The translations under genes were made by a program, and so were the position numbers. DNA of 64,000 nucleotides from Candidatus Latescibacterota bacterium (GTDB lineage Bacteria > Latescibacterota > UBA2968 > GCA-2709665): positions 3,328,001-3,392,000 of the forward strand of contig CBDCOX010000002.1 in NCBI GenBank assembly GCA_965219995.1, given 5' to 3'. Under the pieces are notes generated by a model. The model was not told the DNA's origin. It ran no database searches and saw only the letters and a program-made list of their open reading frames with translations. Below, one piece after another: positions 51,304 to 60,511 of the stretch. The first letter of the stretch is position 1. Each line of letters starts with the position of its first letter.

Positions 51304-52495
51304 TTATCCGAAGCGGCATCAGCAGACACAGGTAGTCTTCGCCTTCCGGCTGCTCCGCCGGACGAATGATCCCCGCAGCCATAGGACCGTCCAGTTCGAA
51401 CAATACCTCCTCGGAGTCGATACGTCTGAGAATATCCAGGAGATAGTTCGAATTGTAACCGACCACCATTTCGTTGCCGCTGTATTCGGCTTCGAGCTCC
51501 TCGCGGGCCTCACCGCCGATTTCCTGGCTCGAGGCCGATAGAACGACGCGGTTGTCGTTCATTTCCAGGCGAACCTGGTGTGTCTGTGCGCTTGAAAGAA
51601 TGGAAACCCGTCGGACAGCCGGCATAAATTGGCCGTTGGCCACCTTCATCGTTGTGCCGTTGTCCTGGGGGATTACCTGCTCATATTCGACGTAGGGGCC
51701 CTCCACTAGGCGGGAAAACAGGCGGATGGACCCGCGGGCACCCGTTTCGGAGCCGTTGGCCGCCTGCAAATCGAACACCAGGTGGTTCTGACCGAACTGC
51801 ACGCGGCCCAGGCTGCAGCCGCCGGAAGCCAGCTTGACCACGTGATTCAGCGCACGGGTCGGGACGATCGCCTCAGTTGAGACTTCATCGCCCTCCGACC
51901 GGGAAAGTGTCCTGGAGTATCTGACCAGTCTTGCGCCGTCCGTAGCGACCATCGTCATCCGGCCGCCGCCAACCTTCCAGAACACGCCGTTCAGGACAGG
52001 CCTGGTCTCATCTCTGGACACGGCAAACGTCGTCTTCAGAATCATCTCCCGCAACATCTGGCCCTCGCCACCGCCCTCAAGGTTCTCGTCTGCGGCCTCA
52101 AAGGCCATCTCGGGGCCGTCGACTTCCGCGGGCAACTCAGGAAAGTCTTCCGCGGGCGCCGCCATGAGCGCGTACGTTCCCTCCAGGCCCGACTCGCACT
52201 GGAGCGTCACGCGCCCTGAGTCTTCGGTCAGAACAAGGGGGCCTTCGGGCAGTTCCCGCACGATCTCGGCGAATTTCCGGGCCGGGACCGTGGTTGACCC
52301 GGGAGCCTCCACCGTGCCCGAAAGCAAACAGTTGATGGAAATGTCGAGATCGGTCGCGGTCAGACACACTTCGCCGCTCTCGTTGGTTCCGACGAGTATA
52401 TTTGACAGCACAGGCAAGGCTGTCTTCGACGGGACGATATCCAGCACCGAATTGATGCCCCAGATGAGCAGATCCTGCTCAATAACCACCTTCAT
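51296..52495 (-). CDS. dnaN: DNA polymerase III beta clamp
   Basis: LPVLSNIL, ATDLD, ETRPVLNG, VATDG, LLMPLR; start re-set to ATG 52495. Confidence 0.96.
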   Translation of the reverse strand: MKVVIEQDLLIWGINSVLDIVPSKTALPVLSNILVGTNESGEVCLTATDLDISINCLLSGTVEAPGSTTVPARKFAEIVRELPEGPLVLTEDSGRVTLQCESGLEGTYALMAAPAEDFPELPAEVDGPEMAFEAADENLEGGGEGQMLREMILKTTFAVSRDETRPVLNGVFWKVGGGRMTMVATDGARLVRYSRTLSRSEGDEVSTEAIVPTRALNHVVKLASGGCSLGRVQFGQNHLVFDLQAANGSETGARGSIRLFSRLVEGPYVEYEQVIPQDNGTTMKVANGQFMPAVRRVSILSSAQTHQVRLEMNDNRVVLSASSQEIGGEAREELEAEYSGNEMVVGYNSNYLLDILRRIDSEEVLFELDGPMAAGIIRPAEQPEGEDYLCLLMPLRIND

Positions 52496-52899
52496 TTTCC
52501 TGTCTCCCGGGAACCCATGTTTCAACGACGTGGTTCCACCTGAATCCGGTTGAAATCTCGAGATTGTATTCGTCAAAAAAAACGGCCTGTTCGGGCGTTA
52601 TCAATCATGACGTAATATACTGATTTTTATCGAATTTGTCAACGGATATTGTCTGTGTCGAGGTCCCGCGCAGGACCCCTCCCGAGGCGCCAATTGCGGG
52701 ATCACGGAAACGGCGGATTCAGCAGCCTCGTACAACCCTTCTCCGCACCGCGAAAAGCCACTGCTGTTTTCGACTGGTCTCGGAACCGATCCCGGTCGCC
52801 CCAACGTCGTTTTTCCCGGACTCGCACGTTCGCGGCCGACGGTCTTCGGACGCCGGCGACACGCAGCGCATTGTGTCCGTAATCCTCGCGGTCCAACCC

Positions 52900-53310
52900 G
52901 GATTTGCGGGATCTGTCCACATTCGCGATTGTGGATAACTCTTACCGAACTCATTGCGGATGTCGTGCGAATAACACTCATAAACTACGATTAATATGTA
53001 AAATACGGGGATCAAGCGTGTCAGGGCTCCGGAGAAATGAATCTGTGGAATGTTTTCCGGATAACCTGTGGATAGAGATTGGCGCACGGTACCTGTCCCG
53101 GGGATAGTGAATAAGCCTTCGGTTGCGCACAGGTTTTCCATATCAAACCGACAATTCCATTACCCCGTTTTTGCTTCCGGTCAGCGCTGAACTGCCAATT
53201 TTCCACTTTTCCACCGGGCTTATTGTTATTGTATCTTGATTAAATGTTATTGAAAAGATATAAAAATCAACAATGCCGGACGGAATTCCTGTGGATAGGT
53301 TCCGGTTTCC
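52900..53310. other. Replication origin oriC (DnaA boxes and AT-rich unwinding element)
   Basis: TGTGGATAA 52930-52938, CTGTCCACA 52913-52921, TGTGGATAG 53067-53075 and 53290-53298; AT-rich tract ~53219-53272; dnaA-dnaN intergenic. Confidence 0.85.
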
Positions 53311-53428
53311 AAAAAAGAAACGACCGATACAAAACGTTTGTATCGGTCGTTCCGCAGGGAGACATGATGACAGGAGTCGTATTCAGCGGGCTTTGTTTGC
53401 CTTCACGGAAACACCGGCGAAGAAGGGT

Positions 53429-54856
53429 TCAGGCCGAAGAGAACTGCTGGACCCTGTTCTGGATGCGGCCGACAAGCGCCTCGAAATCGGGATCGGCAGA
53501 AAGCCTGGTGGCGATGTTCTTGCACGCGTGAATAACCGTTGTATGATCGCGATTTCCGAATTCAGTGCCGATTGACTTGAGGGGCGCCTCCGTAAGCCGT
53601 CTGCAAAGGTACATGCAGATATGCCTTGCCGTGGCGATATCCTGCTTTCGGGTGGAACCGGTCAGCATTTCCACGGGGATGTTAAAGAAGCCCGCCGTAC
53701 CCTTCTGAATCTTCTCGATGCTGATTGCGGGCGACATAATGGCATCGGCGCGTCCCAGACTCTTTATGGTATCCCTAGCAATCTGGAGGGAAACGGGAGC
53801 GCGTTTATATACCGAAAAAGTAATGAGATGGGTCAGAGCACCCTCCAGCTCCCTGATATTCGAGTCTACCTGCTCAGCCATGAAACGCGCGACGTCGGAC
53901 GGTATTCTGACGCCATGGTCTCCCGCCTTCTGATTGACAATTGCCATTCGGGTTTCCAGGTCCGGTCGGTCGATATCCGATACAAGCCCCCATTGAAACC
54001 TTGAAATCAGTCTGTCTTCGAATCCCTTCAGGGTTGACGGCGGCCGGTCGGAACTCAGGACGATCTGTTTGTTGTGTTGATACAATGTGTTGAAGGTGTG
54101 AATGAGTTCGCGCTGGCAGGCTTCGGTCTTTACGTAGAACTGAATGTCGTCGATGAGAAGAATGTCGGCATTTCGATAAATCTCGACATAAGCGGATGTA
54201 TCCTGCTTCCGGATGGCCTTCAGATAGTCGGTAAAGAACCTTTCGGCCGTCGTATACACCACGCGCCCGGCCGTGTGGTTCCGCACGCAATAGTCGGCGA
54301 TTGCCTGGAGCAAATGCGTTTTCCCGAGGCCCACGCCGCTATAGATGACGAGGGGATTGTAGGACGTCGTGCCCGGCGACTCCGCGACGGCTTTCGCCGC
54401 TGTAAACGAGAACTGATTGCTTTCACCGACGACGAAATCTTCGAACCGGTATCTGGGATTCAGCGGAAAAACGGCTTCGGATACAACAGCGGGTACGGGG
54501 TCTTCACTGGTCGGCCGGGCATTCGGGGCAGGCGGGGAATCATCGGTTATGGTGAAGTCGGGTGGCGACCCCGAGGCAGACCGGACGTTTATCTTGACGG
54601 CAAACCGAATTTCCGGCGTCCAGGAAGTGATTTCCTCGATTACAGACTTGATTAGATCGAGCCAATGTTCTTCAAGCCAGTCTCCGAAAAAGGAAGTTGG
54701 CACCTCAATAACCGCGAACTCCGCGTCCAGTCGTGGTGACAACGTCTCGGCGAACCAGGTACTGTACGCATCCGCCTCGATTTTCCCCTCGATTTTCCGC
54801 AGACACCTGCCCCAGAGGACGGAAGGATCTTCAACCATAAAGACAAAGCCACCCAT
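53429..54856 (-). CDS. dnaA: Chromosomal replication initiator DnaA
   Basis: LNPRYRFEDFV, YNPL, GLGKTHL, IDDIQF, NIRELEG, RDHTTV. Confidence 0.98.
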   Translation of the reverse strand: MGGFVFMVEDPSVLWGRCLRKIEGKIEADAYSTWFAETLSPRLDAEFAVIEVPTSFFGDWLEEHWLDLIKSVIEEITSWTPEIRFAVKINVRSASGSPPDFTITDDSPPAPNARPTSEDPVPAVVSEAVFPLNPRYRFEDFVVGESNQFSFTAAKAVAESPGTTSYNPLVIYSGVGLGKTHLLQAIADYCVRNHTAGRVVYTTAERFFTDYLKAIRKQDTSAYVEIYRNADILLIDDIQFYVKTEACQRELIHTFNTLYQHNKQIVLSSDRPPSTLKGFEDRLISRFQWGLVSDIDRPDLETRMAIVNQKAGDHGVRIPSDVARFMAEQVDSNIRELEGALTHLITFSVYKRAPVSLQIARDTIKSLGRADAIMSPAISIEKIQKGTAGFFNIPVEMLTGSTRKQDIATARHICMYLCRRLTEAPLKSIGTEFGNRDHTTVIHACKNIATRLSADPDFEALVGRIQNRVQQFSSA

Positions 54857-55154
54857 ACATTAGCGAGGGACATGCGCCGTCGCTAAGCTCTATTTACAAT
54901 ATAAAAGAGAGTTGGCGGGGAAGTATGCCGAGCCCTGCCAGAAGCCAGAAGATCATCTATGGAGGGAGTATTGCAGAAGATATTCTGGGGGGATGGAATT
55001 CACGGCAGAGAAAGAGGTGAATTCCTTGTATACGGACAATAAAAAGGCCTGCCGGTTGCAGACCGGTCTCTGGAAAATAGCGGGAACAATAAAACTGATG
55101 ATCATGATGCGGGGGAGTCGCCGAAGGAACTGCCTCGGCAAAAAGGACGGCGCC

Positions 55155-55183
55155 AAACTAAAGAATGGATCTGCAAAAGTCAA
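55155..55183 (-). promoter_or_regulatory. Candidate sigma70 promoter for dnaA
   Basis: TTGACT-17 nt-TAGTTT. Confidence 0.45.
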
Positions 55184-55321
55184 GCCCTTTCTGGCAGAAA
55201 AACCGCCTTGTTTTTCAACAATCGTCCTTTGACCTCGATATACCATATAGTGTATATTTCTCCCGATAAATACACCATTTAGTGGAGTTTTTCGTGATTG
55301 CATGGAGACCAATGAAATCCC

Positions 55322-55350
55322 TTGACAAAGATTCCTTCCCCGTCTATATT
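55322..55350 (+). promoter_or_regulatory. sigma70 promoter for the rpmH operon
   Basis: TTGACA-17 nt-TATATT. Confidence 0.7.
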
Positions 55351-55417
55351 CATAAGTTCCTACAATTCATTTAGATACAACAACAGCTGTTCTCTGCGCA
55401 ACGCACGGACAAGGGAT

Positions 55418-55552
55418 ATGAAGCGGACGTTCCAGCCCAGCAACCGGAAACGAAAAAACAAACACGGCTTTCGCCACCGCATGCGAACCCCAGGCGGGCG
55501 TCAGATCTTCTCCAGGCGCCGGCGCAAGGGCCGCGTACGGGTGTCCCTGTAA
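55418..55552 (+). CDS. rpmH: 50S ribosomal protein L34
   Basis: [21 protein letters not shown]. Confidence 0.98.
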   Translation: MKRTFQPSNRKRKNKHGFRHRMRTPGGRQIFSRRRRKGRVRVSL

Positions 55553-55553
55553 T

Positions 55554-55916
55554 ATGACGAGACCAGCCGCCGGATTGCGCGGCGAGGTTCACAGTCTCCG
55601 GCGGACCGGATCGTTATTCAAGGGTCGCTGGTTGCATGTCCGTGCAGGCAATGCCTCAGAAGATCGTATTATCATCTCCGTGCGCAAGCGGTTTGGAAAG
55701 GCCGTCGCGCGAAATCGCGCACGGCGGCGAATTCGCGCCATCTGCAGAGAAATGGCTCCGCACCGCAGCACGGGTCATCTGGTCATCATATCCGTCGGCG
55801 ACGGATCGGCCGCTGCAGGGTTCCGGGATCTGCGCAGAGACGTGATCGCTGCGTTTGGAAAACTGGGTCTTCTCCACGGGTCGGCCATCCCGCCGTTGGG
55901 GTTGCGTCCTCGTTGA
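55554..55916 (+). CDS. rnpA: RNase P protein component
   Basis: KRFGKAVARNRARRRIR RNR motif; follows rpmH. Confidence 0.9.
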   Translation: MTRPAAGLRGEVHSLRRTGSLFKGRWLHVRAGNASEDRIIISVRKRFGKAVARNRARRRIRAICREMAPHRSTGHLVIISVGDGSAAAGFRDLRRDVIAAFGKLGLLHGSAIPPLGLRPR

Positions 55917-56110
55917 ATCGCCCTCCGCTTTTTCTTCGGATGCGTGTCGCCCCCCGTACCATGCCCCCTCAGTGTTCTGACCCGGAAACTGATTGCCGAA
56001 ATCCGGTCGATGAGTCGCCCGGCTCGCATACGGTGTGCAAGCCGGGGCACTTCCAAGGGCTCACATTCCTTTCTGCAACTTGCAGAACCGCGACATCACA
56101 GGTCTGACGA

Positions 56111-57808
56111 ATGGACAAGCGTACAATTCTCGCCTTTATCTTGATCGGCCTGATCATCATCCTCTATCCCCATTACATGGAGTGGATTATGGGCGATCCG
56201 CCACCGGGTTCACCCCCGGAGCGGATCCCCTCCGAAAGCCTGAGAACGCCCCCTTCTCCGCCGCAGGAAACACCCGTCCCACAACCCGAGATCCGGCAAT
56301 CCGAGATTGCGCGGAAGGCCACGGACGACGTCTCGACCGGACAGCGGCCCGGCCCGGTCACCCCCGGAGAATTCATCCCGCAAGACGTCTTTATAGAGAC
56401 CGACCTGTTTACCGCGACATTCAGTACGCGGGGCGGGGTATTAACCCGGCTTCGGCTGAAGGCGTACGAACATCCGGACGGCGGGCAACTGGATCTGATT
56501 GCGCCCGGGTGCGCCGCGCTGGGCCTTTCTCTGGCCGGTGAATCGCTGGATGCATACGAGTTTTCCACGAACACGCCGCGGCTTACGCTGGTCGGCGCGG
56601 AGCAGGCCGAGCTGATCTTCAATGGTCAGGTTGGAACGCGCACGATTGAGAAGCGGATCCGCTTTCAGGGCAACCGGTACCGGGCGGACATGGCGGTGGC
56701 CGTTTCCGCACTGGAGCCGCAGGAGAAACTGGGCGTGCGATGGTCGGGCAGTCTTGCCGACACCGAGAACAACCCGGAAGAGAACGCAGCCTACATGTCG
56801 GTTGTCACGCGGGCGGGCGGCGAAGTCGAGACCTGGAACGTGGATGACATGGGCCCCGACGGCGATCCCCCGCCGGGCGGACGGATCTCGTGGGTCGGGA
56901 TACGGAACAAATATTTCCTGATTGCCCTGATTCCGCCGGAGGGCAGCTACAGCCTGAATCTGGGCGGCGAGTTCCGCGATATCGACGAATGGTACGACGT
57001 CGAAATCCTGGCGAAGGGTGTCGATCCCGGACAACGGTACGGCGTCTATTTCGGCCCGATCTCGTACGATCGGCTCAGGCAGCAGAACCAGGACCTGTGG
57101 AGCAATTTCCGGGAACTGGAGATGGAGGAGTTCATGGAGTATGGCTTCGCCATCTTCCGGCCCATCATTAAACCGATCACCAACCTGAATCTTCGTGCTT
57201 TTCTTGCGCTCCATCCCCTGATCCCGAACTACGGCCTGGTGATCATCGTTTTCTCCGTTCTGATCAAAATCGTGGTGTTTCCACTGACGCACAAGAGTCT
57301 CGAGGCTGCCGCGAAGATGCAGCAGTTTCAGCCCAGGATCGCCGCGCTGCGCGAGAAATACCCGGACGACCAGCAGAAGGTCAACCGGGAGATGATGAAG
57401 CTCTACAAGGAAGAAGGCGTAAACCCTCTGGGCGGGTGCCTTCCGATGGTCATCCAGATGCCCATCCTCTTTTCGCTGTTCAATGTGTTCCGCGGCGCAA
57501 TCGAACTCCGACAGTCCGAGTTCATGTTCTGGATTACGGACCTGTCCCAGCCGGACCGGCTGTTCATCGGGGGATTTGAAATCCACCTCCTGCCGCTGCT
57601 GATGGCCGTCTCGACGTTCGTGCAGTCGAAAATGACCATGAAAGATCCCAAGCAGGCGTTCATGGTCTACATCATGCCCGTATTCATGACCTGGATATTC
57701 TGGAGCATGTCCTCCGGTCTGGTGCTGTACTGGACGATGTTCAACGTACTCACGATTTTGCAGCAACAAGTTATGGAACGTGTGAAACGCGTGCTGGGCA
57801 CGCGCTGA
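56111..57808 (+). CDS. yidC: Membrane protein insertase YidC
   Basis: MDKRTILAF, NYGLVII, NPLGGCLPM..QMP, WITDLS, SGLVLYW. Confidence 0.97.
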   Translation: MDKRTILAFILIGLIIILYPHYMEWIMGDPPPGSPPERIPSESLRTPPSPPQETPVPQPEIRQSEIARKATDDVSTGQRPGPVTPGEFIPQDVFIETDLFTATFSTRGGVLTRLRLKAYEHPDGGQLDLIAPGCAALGLSLAGESLDAYEFSTNTPRLTLVGAEQAELIFNGQVGTRTIEKRIRFQGNRYRADMAVAVSALEPQEKLGVRWSGSLADTENNPEENAAYMSVVTRAGGEVETWNVDDMGPDGDPPPGGRISWVGIRNKYFLIALIPPEGSYSLNLGGEFRDIDEWYDVEILAKGVDPGQRYGVYFGPISYDRLRQQNQDLWSNFRELEMEEFMEYGFAIFRPIIKPITNLNLRAFLALHPLIPNYGLVIIVFSVLIKIVVFPLTHKSLEAAAKMQQFQPRIAALREKYPDDQQKVNREMMKLYKEEGVNPLGGCLPMVIQMPILFSLFNVFRGAIELRQSEFMFWITDLSQPDRLFIGGFEIHLLPLLMAVSTFVQSKMTMKDPKQAFMVYIMPVFMTWIFWSMSSGLVLYWTMFNVLTILQQQVMERVKRVLGTR

Positions 57809-57820
57809 GGGTTTGTCCCG

Positions 57821-59176
57821 ATGAGACCATCGGACCGCGATACCATTGTCGCAATCGCCACCGGTAACGGCGAGGCAGCGATAGGCATCGTCCGGCTTAC
57901 GGGTCCGGAGGCGGTAGGAATCGCCTCCGGGTTTTTTTGTGGCGCGGGTGAATTGAGGGGAATAGAGGACCGCCGCCTGACGTATGGAAGGTTTGTGGTT
58001 GGAGACCAGGTCCTGGACGAGGTCCTCGTCTCTGTCATGAGGGGTTCCAGGTCGTTTACGGGCGAAGACACGGTCGAGTTCAACTGCCACGGCGGCCCCT
58101 TTCTTTTGCGGCGCGCGATGGAGGCGCTGGTCTCGGCGGGCGCACGCCCCGCCGAACCGGGCGAATTCACCCGGCGGGCATTTCTCAGCGGCCGAATCGA
58201 TCTTACCCAGGCCGAAGCGATATCGGATATGATCAGCGCCCGGGCCGACCGGGGTCTTCGGTCCGCCTATTTCCAGTTGCGCGGTGGTCTGAGGGCCCGG
58301 TTCGAAGATCTGGCGGAAGCCCTGCGGGATTCGCTGACAATGCTCGAGGCGGGACTGGATTTTTACGAAGACGCGGGTGTCGAACAGGACGCGATGCGTC
58401 CGTCGCTCACGCGGGCGGCGGAAGAAATCGAGCGGCTGATCGCCTCGTATCAACACGGAAAAATCATACGCGAAGGCGCCCTGGTCGCCCTGGCCGGCCC
58501 GCCGAACGCCGGCAAATCGAGCCTGCTCAACCGGCTGCTGGAAGAGGACCGCGCCATCGTTTCGCCGGTTTCCGGAACCACGCGGGACACGATTGAGGAG
58601 TCGATCATCCTGGACGGCATTCGCGTCACGCTGGTCGACACGGCCGGGATTGCGAAACCGCGTGATGACATTGAGCGGGAGGGCGCGCGACGTTCACGCA
58701 AGGCGATCGCGCGGGCCGGCCTCGTGCTGCTGATCGTGGATGCGTCCGTCCCCGCAGCCCCCGGGCTGGAAGCGATGGTGGAGGGCGTGACTCCCGAAAA
58801 CGTGCTTCTCGTCAAGAACAAGCAGGATCTCGGCCTCCACGACGACTGGCGGGGGACGCACATGTTTCAGGGACTCTCCACCTCCGCCCTCACGGGGGAG
58901 GGTCTTGACAGCCTCAGGAAGCGTGTCCGCGGGTGCGTGATGGCGGTATCCGATCCCGATCCTGGCGTGGTAACGCACGCGCGACACGTGGAGGCGTTGC
59001 AGCGGGCCGGAGACGCGCTCGGCAGGGCAACCGGGGCGCTTGGCGAGGAACTTCCCGGAGAGGTGGTGGCGCTGGAACTGCGGGAGGCAACCGACGCGTT
59101 GGCGGAGATTGTCGGCGAAACCACGTCGGAGGACATCCTGGACCGGATCTTCAGTACATTTTGTATAGGCAAATAG
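57821..59176 (+). CDS. mnmE: tRNA modification GTPase
   Basis: DTIVAIAT, SFTGED, GEFTRRAF, GPPNAGKSS, GTTRD, FCIGK. Confidence 0.97.
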   Translation: MRPSDRDTIVAIATGNGEAAIGIVRLTGPEAVGIASGFFCGAGELRGIEDRRLTYGRFVVGDQVLDEVLVSVMRGSRSFTGEDTVEFNCHGGPFLLRRAMEALVSAGARPAEPGEFTRRAFLSGRIDLTQAEAISDMISARADRGLRSAYFQLRGGLRARFEDLAEALRDSLTMLEAGLDFYEDAGVEQDAMRPSLTRAAEEIERLIASYQHGKIIREGALVALAGPPNAGKSSLLNRLLEEDRAIVSPVSGTTRDTIEESIILDGIRVTLVDTAGIAKPRDDIEREGARRSRKAIARAGLVLLIVDASVPAAPGLEAMVEGVTPENVLLVKNKQDLGLHDDWRGTHMFQGLSTSALTGEGLDSLRKRVRGCVMAVSDPDPGVVTHARHVEALQRAGDALGRATGALGEELPGEVVALELREATDALAEIVGETTSEDILDRIFSTFCIGK

Positions 59177-59177
59177 C

Positions 59178-59388
59178 ATAAAGGCGGTGAGACGGAAGAC
59201 GGTAGACGGTAGAAAAAAGCGGTAAGACGTGAGACGGTAGACGGTAGAAAAAAGCGGTAAGACGTGAGACGGTAGACGGTAGATGACATCTTTGCCCGAT
59301 AGGTTGCTCCTTTTTGCCTGCGGCAAGAAATGAAACCGAACAGGCAATGATATTTTCTCACGTCTTGCGTCTCACGTCTCACCGGTTT
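59178..59388 (+). repeat. Heptamer-arm element with a triplicated 35-bp left arm (core type 2)
   Basis: AAAAAAGCGGTAAGACGTGAGACGGTAGACGGTAG at 59213 and 59248, variant at 59178; core TTTTGCCTGCGGCAA similar to 62533-62597. Confidence 0.85.
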
Positions 59389-59392
59389 GTAA

Positions 59393-59408
59393 TGTTCCAC
59401 GTGAAACA
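59393..59408. promoter_or_regulatory. parS centromere site
   Basis: TGTTCCACGTGAAACA, 15/16 match to TGTTTCACGTGAAACA; origin-proximal. Confidence 0.9.
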
Positions 59409-59465
59409 TCATACCCGATATGTAAAACCGGCGCGTTGTCGCCGGCGGACGCGTGCGGAGGAACG

Positions 59466-60110
59466 GTGACGGATCAGGAGTTTCTGACGGCCGCCGAAGC
59501 GCTGTCCGTCACCCTTTCTGACGAACAGGCCTCGCGGTTTTTTCAATTTGAAGCGCTGCTCCGGTCGTGGGCCGAACGGGTAAGACTGGTGTCCCGGGGA
59601 GACCGGGACAGGATCAGGGCGCGTCACTTTATCGAGAGTCTGCGGGTGGTTCCCTTTCTTCCGGAAGGGCCGATTTCGCTCCTGGACCTGGGATCGGGCG
59701 GGGGTTTCCCGGGCGTTCCGGTCAAGATCGCCCGTCCGGAAGTGGAGGTCGTACTCCTGGAGTCGGCAAGAATGAAGGCGCTCTTTCTGAAACACCTGGT
59801 CGGTGAACTCGAAATGGACGGGCTGTCCGTTTTGCACGAGCGGGCGGAGGTTGCCTGCGAACGCGAGGAAAATCGGGGGAGATTCGATATTGTAACTGCA
59901 CGTGCTGTGGGCGCCCTGCCGGTCCTGTGGCGCCTATCGTCAGGCTTCCTCACGAAGGGCGGCGAGCTGTTCGCGCTAAAGGGGCCTGGCGCGCGCCGGG
60001 AGGCGGAGGAATTCGGGCTCGACGGTCCCGTCGTGACCATAGAAGCCGGGGCGCCGGGGGTCCGGCGAAGGAACACGGTTCTTGTCAGGGCTTCCGCCCG
60101 GCGCGAATGA
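59466..60110 (+). CDS. rsmG: 16S rRNA m7G527 methyltransferase
   Basis: RHFIESL, LDLGSGGGFPG, VTARAV; GGAGG RBS before GTG. Confidence 0.95.
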   Translation: MTDQEFLTAAEALSVTLSDEQASRFFQFEALLRSWAERVRLVSRGDRDRIRARHFIESLRVVPFLPEGPISLLDLGSGGGFPGVPVKIARPEVEVVLLESARMKALFLKHLVGELEMDGLSVLHERAEVACEREENRGRFDIVTARAVGALPVLWRLSSGFLTKGGELFALKGPGARREAEEFGLDGPVVTIEAGAPGVRRRNTVLVRASARRE

Positions 60111-60509
60111 TCACTCGGCCTGGACGAGTTCGATCAGGACGCCCGATGCGCTCCGGGGATGGATGAAAGCCACCCGCCGGCCGAGCGCGCCCGTCCGGAT
60201 TCCGCCGGCGATTGCGACGCCCCGGTCCTTGCAGGCCGAGACGGCGGCATCGATATTTTTAACACGGACGGCAATATGGTGCAGACCCTGTCCCTTCCTG
60301 GAAAGGAACCGTGTCAGGGAACTCCCTTCGTGCGTTGGTTCCAGGAGTTCGAGCCGGATCAGGCCGGTTCCGCCCAGAAATACCGCCCGGACACCTTCGG
60401 CTTCCACGGTCTCTTCGTCCGTTGTTTCAAAACCGAGCATCGCATAGACGGCCAGTGCCCGGTCAATCCCCTCCACCGCGATGCCCACATGATCCACGTG
60501 TCCGTCCAC
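60111..60509 (-). CDS. mce: Methylmalonyl-CoA epimerase
   Basis: DHVGIAV, LELLEP, GLHHIA, AFIHP..GVLIELVQ; adjacent to the mutase. Confidence 0.92.
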   Translation of the reverse strand: MDGHVDHVGIAVEGIDRALAVYAMLGFETTDEETVEAEGVRAVFLGGTGLIRLELLEPTHEGSSLTRFLSRKGQGLHHIAVRVKNIDAAVSACKDRGVAIAGGIRTGALGRRVAFIHPRSASGVLIELVQAE

Positions 60510-60511
60510 GG

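Noticed and set aside
55913-56107. ORF at the usual yidD position
   Set aside because: No CRF.PTCS motif or other YidD features
59178-59282. 35-bp direct repeats as a CRISPR array
   Set aside because: Units are contiguous with no spacers, belong to the heptamer-arm family, and no cas genes are present
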